NCBI GenBank assembly: GCA_964016885.1
Contig: OZ024752.1
Span: 46,128,001 to 46,192,000 of the forward strand
Reading direction: 5' to 3'
Length of the DNA stretch: 64,000 nt
Source of the DNA: Eledone cirrhosa
Taxonomy: Eukaryota
The stretch's first letter is position 1, and each line of letters begins with the position of its first letter. The translations under genes and the position numbers were made by a program. Positions 1-14,705 of this stretch are shown one piece after another. The notes below the pieces were generated by a model, which ran no database searches, was not told the DNA's origin, and was given only the letters and a program-made list of their open reading frames with translations.

Positions 1-619
1 TTGTATGTGTGTGTGTGTGTGTCTGTGTGTTTATTTGTGTGAATGTATGTGTGTGTGTGTTCATTATGGGAGGTCAAATAAGTGACCCCCCCCTGCCCTA
101 CCACCACCACCACCACCACCACTACTACTACACACCTAATACTAATTGTTGGTAACAATGGAGTAACTCCTTCCTTGCAGGATTGCATGCATCAATGAGT
201 GGCAGTGTGAGGCAAGCCTGCTTCACCCACTCCCCCCTGTCCTTGTGTCTCCTACCACCATCACCACTATCACTACCACCACCTGAGTCTCCTTTCAGCA
301 GTGGCCAGTGGCAGCAGCAGTAGCAGGGATGAGGGGGAGACAACTCTCTCTCTCTCTCTCTCCCCATTGCCCACCAGATGTCATCCTCTGCTGATTCTCT
401 CTAATATTTATCTCATTCATCTATGTCACCTCCATCACCCCCACTGCCAATGACCTCCCACCATCACTGCCAATGACCTCCCACCACCACTGCCAATGAC
501 CTCCCACCACCACTGCCAATGACCTCCCACCACCACCACTGGCATTGATCTACCCCCTCCCACCTCACACTAACTACTGCCCTACTTTCATTTCAAATTT
601 TTCTTCCACTACTTTCTCT

Positions 620-732
620 TTATGTACATTGTATGTGTGTGTGTGTATATATGTATGTGTATATATATGTATGTGTGTATATATATATATGTATGTGTGT
701 GTGTATATGTATGTGCGTGTGTATATATATAT

Positions 733-774
<42 letters not shown>

Positions 775-979
775 TTGTGTGTATATATATATATATGTAT
801 GTGTGTGTATATATATATATATATATATGTATGTTTGTGTATATATATATATATATATATATGTATGTTTGTGTGTATATATATATATGTTTGTGTGTAT
901 ATTATATATATGTGTTTTTATATATATATATGTATGTTTGTTTGTGTGTGTATATATATATATATGTATGTTTGTTTGT

Positions 980-1024
<45 letters not shown>

Positions 1025-1495
1025 ATATATATATATATATGTATGTTTGTGTATATATATATATGTGTGTGTATATATATATATGTATGTTTGTCTGTGT
1101 GTGTGTATATATATATGTATGTGTTTGTGTGTATATATATATATATATATGTATGTGTTTGTGTATATATATATATTGACAAGGAGTGGGAGACAATTCT
1201 TTTTCTGATGACCCAGTAAATACAGAGGGGGAACTCCTGAGTGATAGGACTGACTTGGCCTTAATTATATATGTGTGTACACACACACACACCCACACAC
1301 ACACACACACACCTACCTATCTACATATATACAGGGGCTGACACCACCATGACCCTGGAGTTCTGTGGCCTTCATTGTATTTTCATTTAAAACAAAATAA
1401 TTTTTGATTCATTGTCTTGTCCTCTACTATATTTCCTGTTTCTACACCCCCCCCCCCCCCCCACACACACACACATATATAATATATATATATAT

Positions 1496-1548
<53 letters not shown>

Positions 1549-1688
1549 CGCACACACACATACACACACACACACACACACATATATACACACACACACA
1601 CATATATATACACACACATATATATATATATATACACATACACACACACATACACATATATATATATATATATACGCACATACACATC

Positions 1689-1760
<72 letters not shown>

Positions 1761-1765
1761 AGCCT
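620..1765. repeat. (TA)n/(TG)n/(CA)n compound microsatellites, representative of dozens in the window
   Basis: Direct inspection. Confidence 0.97.
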
Positions 1766-2964
1766 GGAAGAGAGGATGGATGGAAGGATGGTCATATCTG
1801 GAATGTGTTTTGTCATGCGATTGCCTCATATGGATTGACCTGGGGCTAAACAACCACCACCACCATACACCACCACCACTTCCCCCACCACCACTACCAT
1901 ACCACTATACCACTACTCCCACCACTACTATACCACTACCATACCACCATACACCACTACCCCCACCAACACCATACACCACCACCACCACCAATATGTA
2001 TCAAAGAACATCATGGGATGCCAAGAGAACCTCTACATGGTCACTTGCTCTACTAGAAATAACAACTAAATCACACATTGTCTTAAGAAAGATGGAAGGA
2101 CACCTTGACTGGTGTAGTTGTAGGAGAACAAATGACAGATTGGTTGGTCACGGTTGGAGTGTCTTTGAATCATAAGTCTGCTGGACTATACTACAACAGC
2201 TGCAGCTTAACATCACTGCTGCTGCTGCTGCTGCTGCTACTACTACTACTACTACTACTGCTGCTGCTACTACTGCTACTACTTCTAATACTATTACTAC
2301 TACTGCTACTGCTACCACTACTACTACTATTACTACTACTGCTACTACTACCACCACCACCACTACTACTACCACCACTCCTACTACTACTACTACCACT
2401 ACTACTACCGCCACCACCGCTACTACTACTACTACCACCACTACCACTACTACTATTACTACCACCACTACTACTATTACTACTACCACTACTACTACCA
2501 CTACTACTATTACTACTAACACTACTACTACTACTACTACTACCACTACTACTACCACTATTACTACTACCACCACTACTACTACTATTGACTTTATCAA
2601 TGGCTATAGATGTATGCATAACTGACCAGTTCTATAACATCATCATCATGACAGTAACACCACCATCACCACCACCAGCACCCCCTCATCATCACCACCA
2701 CCTTAATCATGGCTACCCTTCACCACTTCTCCCCCCCCCCCCCCCACACACCACCACCACCACCCTCACCACCACCAGAGACATTCAATCATCTCTGCTC
2801 TACTTTCTTTACATTTCTCCTATTTCTACCTACTACTATCTTTCCTTCTTATCTCTCTCCTTCACACCACCACCACCACCTCCTTCTCTTCTTCACTTAA
2901 CTCATACTCTCTCTCTCTCTCTCTCTTTGGTTAAAATAAATTTCTTTACTGCTCTAAGTATTTA

Positions 2965-3052
<88 letters not shown>

Positions 3053-3055
<3 letters not shown>

Positions 3056-3250
3056 CAAAGGGATATTTAATTTGTTGGTAATTCAACAAATATAAATGTT
3101 TATAACAGATTCAAAGCACTCAACAGATTACTGGAGTAAATATTCAATGATATTAAATAAATGGAAACTATATTTATAAAACCATATTTATTCTATTATA
3201 TATATTTCAAGGGCACCAACACTTGGTACCCTTGAAATATACATAATTAT
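3053..3250. mobile_element. Penelope-like relic (related copies at 11711-11900 and 31710-31975)
   Basis: Shared aaatggaaactatatttataaaaccatattt and gcactcaaca blocks; fold-back around tttcaagggcacc...ggtacccttgaaa; flanked by (TA)n. Confidence 0.55.
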
Positions 3251-3502
3251 ATATATATATATCGAACTTATATTCATGGAAATTTGGGACTTGACTCATT
3301 CTTCCTCACTTTTCGTTGCTTCACCATCTTTGTTTGTTTACACTCTCGTGTCCCCTTTATTTACGTGTCCCAACGGCTTTTTTTAGCCGTTGCTCGCACC
3401 AACCGGAGGTATATGGTCTTTAAAGCGATGAACTGCCGGTGATGGTTGGAGGATCACTGATGAAGGACTAACTTTATTCATATATATATATATATATATA
3501 TA

Positions 3503-3830
3503 TCATCATCATCATCATCATCATTTCATTTTACGTCCGCTTTTCCCCTGCTTGCAAGGGTGGGACGGGAACTGATGCTGGCTTGATTTCTACAGCTGGA
3601 TGCCCTTCCTAACACCAACCTCATTTACAGTGAGTGCTGGGTGCTTTTTTGTCGTGGCACCTCCACGACCACTTTGCAGTGGAATGATAGGGACCCCAGT
3701 CCCTATCATCTCATTTCTACAGCTGAGTAAACTGGAGCAATGTGAAATAAAGTGTCTTGCTCAAGGAAACAACACATCACCCGGTTTCGATTGCAAAGCC
3801 GATGCTCTAACCACTAAGCCATGTGCCTCC
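3503..3830 (-). mobile_element. Same SINE family
   Basis: Reverse complement of the 49857 element with a short head deletion. Confidence 0.85.
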
Positions 3831-3849
3831 ATATATATATATATATATG

Positions 3850-4227
3850 TTGAAAGGATAACAAGGACAATTGGTTACTCCTCCATTACATTTATTGGTA
3901 GGTGGCACGTGTTTCACCACTGATCAGCTCAAGGTTCGATCTGTATTGATCTTACCCGACTCTATAATCATATATATATATTTTTTTCTTTCTTATAGCA
4001 TTTTAAAGGGTCCGTCGAGCTGCCGATTATAGAGTCGGGTAAGATCAATACAGATCGAACCTTGAGCTGATCAGTGGTGAAACGCATGTCACCTACCAAT
4101 AAATGTAATGGAGGAGTAACCAATTGTCCTTGTCATCCTTTCAATATATTACACTCTGTCTAGCTCTACACCTCAACACAGAAGTGAAACTAAACATCGA
4201 GTTCTCACCCGAGTGAACCTGCAGTAA
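3850..4227. mobile_element. Penelope-like pLTR relic with 120-bp inverted duplication
   Basis: 3850-3969 is the near-perfect reverse complement of 4025-4144. Contains an HHR-like motif followed by AATAAA; inserted next to (TA)n. Confidence 0.6.
4008..4094 (+). ncRNA. Hammerhead-like motif with variant core
   Basis: gggt CCGTCGA GCTGC...GTGGT GAAAC GCAT GTC acct. The topology fits but the core deviates at positions 4 and 6. The inverted copy carries palindromic AC-ACGT-G. Confidence 0.4.
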
Positions 4228-4856
4228 CTCCAAGTTACACTCCCTAGATATATATCATCATCATCATCATTGTTTAACGTCCATATTCCACGCTTGCATG
4301 GGTTTGGACGGGAGTTTTCCCACTTGAGGCAAGAGTGGTTGTCCTGCTCGTATAGGACTGTCTGGCGGGTTTTCTACGGCTGGATGCCCTTCCTAACACC
4401 AACCACGTTTACAGTGTGGAACTGGGAGGTTTTTACCGTGTTACCTACACGGCCACATTACAGCGTGGACTGTGTGTTTTTTTTTTTTTGTCGTGGCACC
4501 TACACGACCTCATTCGTTTCGGACTGGATGTTGTGGTACCAACATAACTTTACATTGAATGGGGTGGTGTGGTGGGGCTGGGGGTAGTGGGACGGGGGTG
4601 TATTTTGTTAGAGGTGCCTACTGACTGTAGTAGGTTTCACTTTGCACTTAGGTAAGGCGGGTCTTCTCTATTACTGTGTAGCGCCAAAGATCTCGGTGCT
4701 ACACAGTAATATAGATACAATGTGTGTGTATGTATAGAAAAACAACTGCTTTAATAATTCGATTTAATTGACTTTCTCCTCCTCCCCCTAATTGCTGGCC
4801 TTGTGCCTATATATGAAACCATTGTTATTATTATTATTATTTTTATTATTTTACAG

Positions 4857-4951
4857 AAGCAAGTTTTGCTGTGAAGGCCCGTGCCATCAAGGATCACTCT
4901 AACCAGTATGATATACATGGGCTCGCCTTCAAAGAAGGGGAATATATTAAG
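4857..4951 (+). CDS. CASKIN: Caskin-like gene, internal exon (N-terminal half of SH3 domain)
   Basis: ttttacag acceptor and AAG|gtaagt donor; phase 1 to 0. Translates (x)ASFAVKARAIKDHSNQYDIHGLAFKEGEYIK, resembling the Caskin SH3 start as recalled ([32 protein letters not shown]). Confidence 0.9.
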
Positions 4952-5485
4952 GTAAGTTTATATATTTCAGTGGGCTTTTTTTAATGTTGTTGATATTTAG
5001 CCCTGCCCTAATTCAATCCTGACCCTGGTGACCTGTAACCAAAGACAGACCATCCATGACCATCATCTTTTATTCAGATATATCAGTTCTGTATGAACAA
5101 GACATGGTCACCTGATCTAGCATTGCCCACAACAAGACAACTTGTCTAACCCATGCTAGTGTGAAAAATGGATGTAAAACGGTGATGATGATGATGACGA
5201 TGATAGTGTATCTAGGATTACAGTAGCAAACCTGCCCTTTCTGGGGTTTGTTTTTGTTTCTTCGGTACACTCAACTTCGAGTGACTACCAACAGTAGCTG
5301 GGAGTTAATCCTGTAATAGACTAGAGTCCTGTCCAGGAAGAGTCATCTACTCTGAGTCATTTAATACCAAGGAAGCCAAGGATAAGCACTGACCTGGTGA
5401 CCCTTCTACTTAAAACAGGCTCTAACTAACTGGTGCAGCCCTCTTTCCTTCCAGATGTCCCACCCTGAATGTTCTGATGGATTAA

Positions 5486-5921
5486 CCCTCTAGCATTTAC
5501 ATTACTCTATATATACTATTGTATTTTCACAGTAAAGGCTTTACCTCACATAATATCTCACATAACATTTACATTACTCTATATATACTATTGTATTTTC
5601 ACAGTAAAGGCTTTACCTCACATAATATCTCACATAACATTTACATTACTCTATATATACTATTGTATTTTCACAGTAAAGGCTTTACTTCACATAATAT
5701 CTCACATAACATTTACATTACTTTATATATACTATTGTATTTTCACAGTAAAGGCTTTACCTCTCATATTATCTGACATAATATCGAATCTATGAGATTT
5801 TGATATTATTTATTTTGAGAACAATACCCTAATGTCAGTATGAACAGCCGGTTATAGCCGGTTTAAACAGAAAGAAGTGAGAGAATTCTGGCCGGGTACG
5901 GCTGGTATAAAGGCTAAAGGG
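5486..5921. mobile_element. Family 1 MITE with internal 72-bp tandem expansion (~4 units)
   Basis: TTAA-ccctctagcattta ... gctaaaggg-TTAA; 72-bp unit acattactctatatatactattgtattttcacagtaaaggc... Confidence 0.85.
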
Positions 5922-6326
5922 TTAAGGGAGTGAGAAGGGGTTGAGAGGGCATCTGTCTGCAATTGTATTAGGTACCTAAAAACCCTTAACAAAAGCCTGG
6001 TGTATAATACTAAGATATACTCAGTTGCAAGTGATGGTTGCTGTGTGTGTGTGTGTGTGTACTAAATATTTTCCATATTTTCCCAAATTTCCACAGACCC
6101 CTCACCCTAACCCACCAACTCCCCTTCTCCCCTCTCAACCCCTGACATACCTCAGTCCCATTTAATTGATCCCTACATATCCCTGTATCTCTAGTTACCG
6201 TATATCACATTCTAGGATCAATTTGGGAGAATTTTTGTAAGGTTCATATTACACCTGGATACTGTGTGTGTGTATGTATGTATGTGTGCGTGTGTGTATA
6301 TATATATGTGTGTGTGTGTCTGTATG

Positions 6327-6566
6327 TCATCATCATTTTACATCCACTTTTCCCTGCTTGCAAGGGTGGGACGGGTCCTATTCAGCAAATCATCGTCATC
6401 TCCTCCGTAAGTTTCAGCAATCTGAGGTCTGCTCTCACCACCACCACCGCCCATCTTTTTCGTGGTCTTCCTCTACTGCATCTTCCTTCCACCGGGATTT
6501 CTTTGGCACTTCTTCATCATCCAACGGTCATCTTCCATGCGCATCACATGGTCATGCCATCATCTC
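6327..6566 (-). mobile_element. RTE-clade LINE 3' fragment (second copy 28320-28523)
   Basis: Minus strand encodes degenerate WHDHVMRMEDDRW...EGRCSRGRPRKRW..VVRADLRLLKLTEEM, ending in the same tail and (TGA)n as the SINE. Confidence 0.75.
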
Positions 6567-7752
6567 CCTGAGAACTATGTTAAAGTTTGACACACATTTA
6601 GAATGCTCAGCCACTTGCATGTTATGTTAACTTCACTAGTCGCTTCCTCCGTTGTCTGAGCAACTGGAACATTTGTTGTCCAAACTAATGGAGCTCTTAG
6701 AGCTAATAGTGTGAGGTGTGGTGGGTGAGAGGGGGTGGGACAGGTAGTGTATGTGAGAGAGAGAGAGAGTGTTGTGAGAGTGTGTGTGTGTGTAAGAGTG
6801 GGAGAGTGTGTGTATGTGAGAGAGTGTGTGCATGTGTGTGTGTACACAATTTATAAATATTCTGACTTTTTAGTAAGGAATGCTTTCAAGACAAAATCCT
6901 CCAATCTTTGAGACTCTCAGTTGTCATATCCCCCCCAACACACACACACACACATGCACACACAGCACACCACCCCACCTACACCTACCCCACCCCACCA
7001 CCTACCCCGTCCACACCCACATCACCCCACCACCTACACCCCCACCCCACCACCTCCTTATCTAGGTCAGTGGAATCTCCCAATGACACACACACTCTCT
7101 CTCTCCCACCCCCCTCTCTCAAACACACACTCTCTCTCTCTCTCACACTGCTGTTAATGCCACTTCACTTTCCATCAGTCTCTCTCTCTCCCTTTTTCCC
7201 TATCTCTCCCCCTCTCTCTCTATCCTCACCCCCTCCCCCTCTCTATCCTCACCCCCCCTCTATATATCCCTCCATTGAACTGATTTTTAAAGAAGGAAGA
7301 AATAAAAGCTAATAATAATAATGGAACTAATAATGATAATCATACAAAATGAATATTTGTGTGTGTATGTGTGTGTATCTGTGTGTGTGTGTATGTATGT
7401 GTGTCTGTCTGTGTGTGTGTGTGTCTGTGTGTGTGTTTGTGTATGTGTGTGTTTATGTGTGTGTGTGTCTATGTATGTGTGTCTGTCTATGTGTATATAT
7501 ATATATATGTGTGTGTCTATGCATGTATGTGTGTCTATGTCTATGTATATATATATATGTGTGTGTGTGTGTCTATGTGTATATATATATATATGTGTCT
7601 ATGCATGTATGTATGTCTATGTATATGTGTGTGTGTGTGTGTCGGAAATTACATTGAAACCAGTTACAACAGTCTGCTATGGTTGTCAAGAAACATTAGA
7701 TTTCCTCATCACAACAAACAATACTACTACTACTACTACTACCACCACCACC

Positions 7753-7790
<38 letters not shown>

Positions 7791-7908
7791 CACTACTACT
7801 ACCACTACTAACACCACCACCACTACTACTACTACCACCACCACCACTACTACTACTACTACTACTGCCACCACCACCACCATTACCACCACTGCTACCA
7901 CTACCACC

Positions 7909-7991
<83 letters not shown>

Positions 7992-8912
7992 CACTAACAC
8001 CACTACCACTACTACTACTACTAATATTAATACTACCACTACCACCACCACTGTTTATATTGATTATTTTTCACTTTGACTCTTATCTTCCCCCTTTGTT
8101 CTATATTTCACTTTCATCTTTGCTGTTGTTATTGTTGTTAATGGTGTCATTGTTGTTGTTAATGGTGTTGTTGTTGTTGTTGGAAGGTTGTGTTGTTTTG
8201 TGTCTCTCCAGTCTTGCTAAAAGAAACCCAAACTTGCATCACTTTATTAACAACATACACTTCCACATCACACTGCCACATTACACTGCCACGTAACACT
8301 TCCACGTAACTTTCCCACATTACACTGCCCCAACACTGCCACATTACACTGCTACGCTAAACTCCCATAACACTTCCACACTACACTGTTACATTAGTCA
8401 CATTACACTTCCACACACTGCACTGTCACATTACACTGCCACAACACTTCCACACTACACTTACACTAGTCACATTACACTGCCACTCTACACTGTCACA
8501 TTTAACTCATCTGATGCAACTATTGGCTTACCTGCTGCCATCTTTTTGTCATTGTCATCATTGTTGTTGCTGTCATTGTTTTCTAAAAGGTTTTACCCAC
8601 TTGGCTTTTTTGTATCTTTTGTCATCAGGTGTTTGGTGGAATTTTCATTTGTTTTCTCTCTCTCCATCTCTCTCTCTTCCTCTCTCTCCCCATCTATCTC
8701 TCTCCATCTATCTCTCTCCCCCATCTATCTCTGTCTCTCTCTCTCTCCCCATCTATCTCTCTCCATCTATCTCTCTCCCCCATCTATCTCTGTCTCTCTC
8801 TCTCTCCATCTATCTCTCTCCCCCATCTCTCTCTCTCTCTCTCTCACCAATAGAAGCTGTTAGCTCAATTCAATTGTTGTTTGATTGGCTGTTTAGTCAT
8901 CTCCACAGCTTG

Positions 8913-10125
8913 TCACCACCACCACCACCTTCATCACCACCACCACCCCCTTCATCACCACCACCACCACCACCACCACCATCTTCATCACCACCACCAT
9001 CATCATCATCATCAAACAAACACTCTACCACCACCACCACCATCTTCACCACCACCACCACCACCACCTTCATCACCACCACCATCATCTTCATCACCAC
9101 CACCATCATCATCATCACCACCACCATCATCATCAAACAAACACTCTACCACCACCACCACCACCACCACCACCACCACCACCACCACCACAGTAGTTAC
9201 AATCTCCAACATTGCTATTTCAAAAATATCAATTATTCACCACTTCCACCATTATCTCTTCATTGTTGAGTCTCAGCAACTCAGTTGGTGGTTCACCACC
9301 AACACCACCAACACCACCACCACCACCAACACCACCAACACCACCACCACCACCACCACCACCACCACCACCACCACCACCACCAATACCACCACCACCA
9401 CCACCACCACCACCACCAATACCACCACCACCACCACCACCACCACCACCACCACCACCACCACCACCACCACCAATACCACCACCACCAACACCACCAC
9501 CACCACCACCACCACCACCACCACCACCATCACCACCAACACCACCACCAATACCATCACCACCACCACCAATACCACCACCACCATCACCACCACCACC
9601 ACCACTACCACCACCACCACCACTACTACCACCACCACCACCACCACCACCACCACCACCAATACCACCACCACCACCACCACCACCACCACCACCACCA
9701 TCACCACCAACACCACCACTACCACCACCACCACCACTACTACCACCACCACCACTACCACCACCACCACCACCACTACCACCACCACCACCACTACTAC
9801 CACCACCACCACCACCACCACCACCACCACCAATACCACCACCACCACCACCACCACCACCACCACCACCACCACCATCACCACCAACACCACCACCAAT
9901 ACCACCACCACCACCACCACCACCACCACCACCACCACCATCACCACCAACACCACCACCAATACCACCACCACCACCACCACCACCACCAATACCACCA
10001 CCACCACCACCACCACCACCACCACCACCACCACCATCACCACCACCACCACCACCAATACCACCACCACCACCACCACCACCAACACCACCACCACCAC
10101 CACCACCATCACCACCACCACCAAC
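8913..10125. repeat. (CAC)n compound trinucleotide tract
   Basis: More than 800 bp of (CAC)n with periodic AAT/CAT/AAC variants. Confidence 0.97.
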
Positions 10126-10786
10126 ACTGAAATAATGTGAAATAAAGTGTCTTACATCACAGCACTAGGGATTGAACTCCTGGCTTTACAGTCCTGAGCT
10201 GAACACTTTAACCACTAAGCCACGAGCATTCCCACATACACACACATACACACATACAAAACACACATACAGACACATACACACACACACACATATACAT
10301 ACACACACATACAGGCACACGCATACACACATACATATACACACACACATAAGCACAGATATACACACACACATGCAGGCACACACATACACACATGCAT
10401 AGATACATATACATAGACACACACATATACACACACGCATACAGGCACACACATACATATACACACACACATAAGCACAGATATACACACACACACACAC
10501 ATACATACATGCATAGATACATATACATACACACACACATATACACACACACATACAGGCACACACATATACACACACACATAAGCACAGATATACACAC
10601 ACACATACACACATGCATAGATACATATACATACACACACACACATAAGCACACATAAGCACACATATACACACACACACACGTGCTGTACCAGTAATAA
10701 TATATCTACTGGGGTTGTTATCTAATGTGTCAATCTTTATTTGAAACACTTTTGAGATACAGTTATGTCTGTCTGTGTGCGTAGAA

Positions 10787-11190
10787 CTATGTATTAGTGT
10801 GTGTATGGCTGTATTAGTGTGTGTATGGCTGTATTAGTGTGTGTATGGCTGTATTAGTGTGTGTATGGCTATGTATTTGTGTGTGTATGGCTGTATTAGT
10901 GTGTGTATGGCTATGTATTAGTGTGTGTATGGCTGTATTAGTGTGTGTATGGCTGTATTAGTGTGTGTATGGCTGTATTAGTGTGTGTATGGCTGTATTA
11001 GTGTGTGTATGGCTATGTATTTGTGTGTGTATGGCTGTATTAGTGTGTGTATGGCTATGTATTAGTGTGTGTATGGCTGTATTAGTGTGTGTATGGTTGT
11101 ATTAGTGTGTGTATGGCTGTATTAGTGTGTGTATGGCTGTATTAGTGTGTGTATGGCTGTATTAGTGTGTGTATGAGTATGTATTTGTGA
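10787..11190. repeat. 20-22 bp minisatellite
   Basis: gtattagtgtgtgtatggct repeated about 19 times. Confidence 0.95.
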
Positions 11191-11335
11191 AGGTGTGTGT
11201 GCGTGTTTGTGTGTTTACCTTACAATGTATATAAGTTTGTGTTTATGAGAATGTTTGTAGCTGCTAATTAGGGTTATAGGTCAACTGTACATGTTTATAC
11301 GAGGAAAGGTGTGTAATTGTATATATATATGTATG

Positions 11336-11385
<50 letters not shown>

Positions 11386-11428
11386 TTACTTCAAAATATT
11401 AATAAATATAGACATTCATGTGATCAAA

Positions 11429-11487
11429 TATATTTTATTATACATATTTCAGATGTACAACAGTACGTCCTCATCAGACAAAATATA
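11429..11487 (-). ncRNA. Minimal type-I hammerhead ribozyme motif, canonical core
   Basis: Minus strand: tatattttgt CTGATGA GGACGTAC-tgtt-GTACATCT GAAA TATGTA TA ataaaatata. 10-bp stem I (one GU), 8-position stem II (one mismatch), short stem III, AUA cleavage triplet. Confidence 0.85.
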
Positions 11488-11656
11488 ATGATACATGACA
11501 TAACCTGAGATGTTAAATGGTTAAGATTTAATCATCTATTTTATTAATATTTGTATTTTAATATTAATAACTCTGGAAAATGATTTTCACTGTAGAGTGC
11601 TTACAATCTACTGTAAAACTCATTCTTTGGTGTACTCATTGAATCTTGTTTAACTC

Positions 11657-11715
<59 letters not shown>

Positions 11716-11970
11716 ATGAGTTATTTAGTTTGTTGATTATTCAACAAAGTTAATTTACAACAGACTAGAGGCACTCAACAGAATTTTTTATTCAGGGTAT
11801 CATTAATATTAATAAATGGAAAATATCTTTATAAAACCATGTTTATTTTAAAATAAATATGGTTTAATAAAGATATTTTCCATTTATTAATATTATTGAT
11901 ATCATATATATATATATATATATCATCATCATCATCATCGTTTAATGTCCATATTCCACGCTTGCATGGG

Positions 11971-12149
<179 letters not shown>

Positions 12150-12343
12150 GCAGGTGTGTAGCTAAGTGGTAAGAGAATTGGATTAGCAATCGTGAGGTTG
12201 TGAGTTCAATTCCTGGACTGGGTGATGTGTTATGTCCTTGAGCAAGACACTTTATTTCACGTTGTGGCCGGTAGATAGTATTAGCAATTGGAAAGGTCAA
12301 TGGAAGTATGGTTTCCTCGGTCTGATTTGACGAGCTCCAAATC

Positions 12344-12383
<40 letters not shown>

Positions 12384-12417
12384 GTATATATACACACACA
12401 CATTTATATACACACAC

Positions 12418-12461
<44 letters not shown>

Positions 12462-13837
12462 GTGTGTGTGTATCTCAGGTTTAATCAGGGTTAACCACAG
12501 TAAGTAAGGTACTCAATACATAGCAGAGTATAAATGTTTAATATAGAAATGGCTTCTACAGGACTAGAACTGTTTAATTCGAAGAAAATCATCTGGAGAG
12601 CTGTCATTGTGATATGGTGGTAGGGGGAGGTGGTGATTGGGATGGGTGGAGGTAATTGGTGAAGGAGGTTAAATTGGCAGAGTCGTTAGAACTTCAGGTA
12701 GGATGCTTTGCTGTATTCATTTTGGATCTCAGCTCTCAGACTCTGCCGAGGTCAACTTTGCTTTTTATCCACTCAGTCGATAAGAAAAGTACCAGTTGAA
12801 TACTGGGGTTGATTCTTCTTCTATATCTCTCTCTGTCCATTCCCTCACTCTCTATTCTTCCACCACTACCACTACCACCATCAACACCACTACCCACTAC
12901 CATCACCACCACCACTACCCACTACCATCACCACCACCACCATCACCACCACCACCACCACCACTACAACCATCACCACCACTACAACCATCACCACCAC
13001 TACAACCACCACCACCACCATCACTACCCACTACCACCATCACCATCAACACCACCACCACCACTACCACCACCACCACCACCACCACTACCACCACCAC
13101 CACCACCACCACCACCACTCTGCACTGCCTCATTCTACTTATCAAATTGCATCTTATCTGAGGAATTTCAGACTCACAGATGCCAGAACATTCTTTGGCT
13201 ACAGAGCCCCCCCCCCCTCCTCCTCTCTTCGGATCTTTCACTCACTCTCTCTCTCTCTTCTAATATATCACTCCTCCCTTCTCTTTCTTCTACTCTATCA
13301 CTTCCCCTTCTCTCTTCTAATCTATTCATCTCTCTCTCTCTCTCTCTCTCTGATTACTTACCTTTTCTCTTTTCTTCTCAACCTTCTAATCTCCCCCCCC
13401 CCCCTCTCTCTTCGATTACCCTTTCTTTTCACATAATATTGAATCTCTGAGATTTTGATATTTTTTATGTTGAGAACAATACCTTAACATCAGTATGAGT
13501 GGCCAGTTACAGCAGGTTTGAACAGAAAGAGGTGAGAGAATTCTGGCTAGATGTGGCCTCAGTTTAAATGCTAAAGGGTTTTAAACTGTAGAGTTTAGTT
13601 TCTTGGAACCAGCGGTGGTTTGCTATGAAAAGGGTTAAGTTCTGATGACTTATATTCCTGTAAAACCCTCTAGATGTGAATGGAATCTATAGAATAATAA
13701 TTGTTTCTACTTTAGGCACGAGGCCAGCAATTACCCCAGTGTATTACTGGTACTTTAATTTCATGTAATAATTGTTTCTACTTTAGGCACGAGGCCAACA
13801 ATTACCCCAGTGTATTACTGGTACTTTAATTTCATGT

Positions 13838-14060
13838 AATAATTGTTTGTGATTTAGGCACAAGGCCAGCAATTTGAAGGGAGGGAGGAATATCTATTAA
13901 ATCCACCCCCAGTCCATTACTGGTACTTTATTTTATCGACCCCGTAAGGATGAAAGGCAAAGTTAACCTCAGCGCGATTTGAACTCAGACCGTAAAGGGA
14001 CGTAACTATGCTGCAAAGCATGGCGTCCGACCCTCTACCGATACTGCCAATCTACTGCCC
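13838..14060 (-). mobile_element. Second SINE family with Nin-domain-like body (also 52785-52983, 56030-56160, 45832-45945, 34635-34730, 12672-12810)
   Basis: tggcagtatcggtagag head, gagttcaaatc B box, aactttgcctttcatccttacggggtcgataaaataaagtaccag body, (TAT)n tail. Confidence 0.75.
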
Positions 14061-14638
14061 TAATAACAACAACAACAAGAGTTGTTATAATAAAAGATAC
14101 ATTGCTATTTTATGAGTTCAATTGATGCCAAATCTCAACAGGGACAACTTCATTTTACCTCCTACCTGAGCTAAAATAAATATACTATAGGGAACGTACC
14201 AACTTCTTTAGCTTTCTCCCCACCCTAACATACCATCGTTCCCACATAACCTCTGGGGTGGAGTGGGGGTACATGAACAGTGGCAGGGGCGGGGCTGTGT
14301 TTTTGTCAAAATAAGGAAACGTGATTATTCCATAGATTCTTGGTTGTGTTTTTCTGGCAAATGTTTCTTCTAAGTATTTTGATTAACTTGGTGTTTGTCA
14401 GAGAAAATACTTCTGGTTTGTGGTGGTGGTGGTGGGGTAGTGGTGGGTGGTGATGGTGGGGTAGTGGTGGGTGGTGGTGGTGGGGTAGTGGTGCTGGTGG
14501 TGTTTAGCTGTTTTTTTCCCTTGTTGAGTGTGTTTGTGTATGTATGTATGTATGTATGTATGTATGTATGTGTGTGTGTGTATGTGTGTGTGTATGTATG
14601 TGTGTGTGTATGTATGTATGTATGTATGTATGTATGTA

Positions 14639-14705
<67 letters not shown>

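Noticed and set aside
1200-1245. CTGATGA-ccc...ggg as a hammerhead
   Set aside because: GAAA and the cleavage triplet context are missing.
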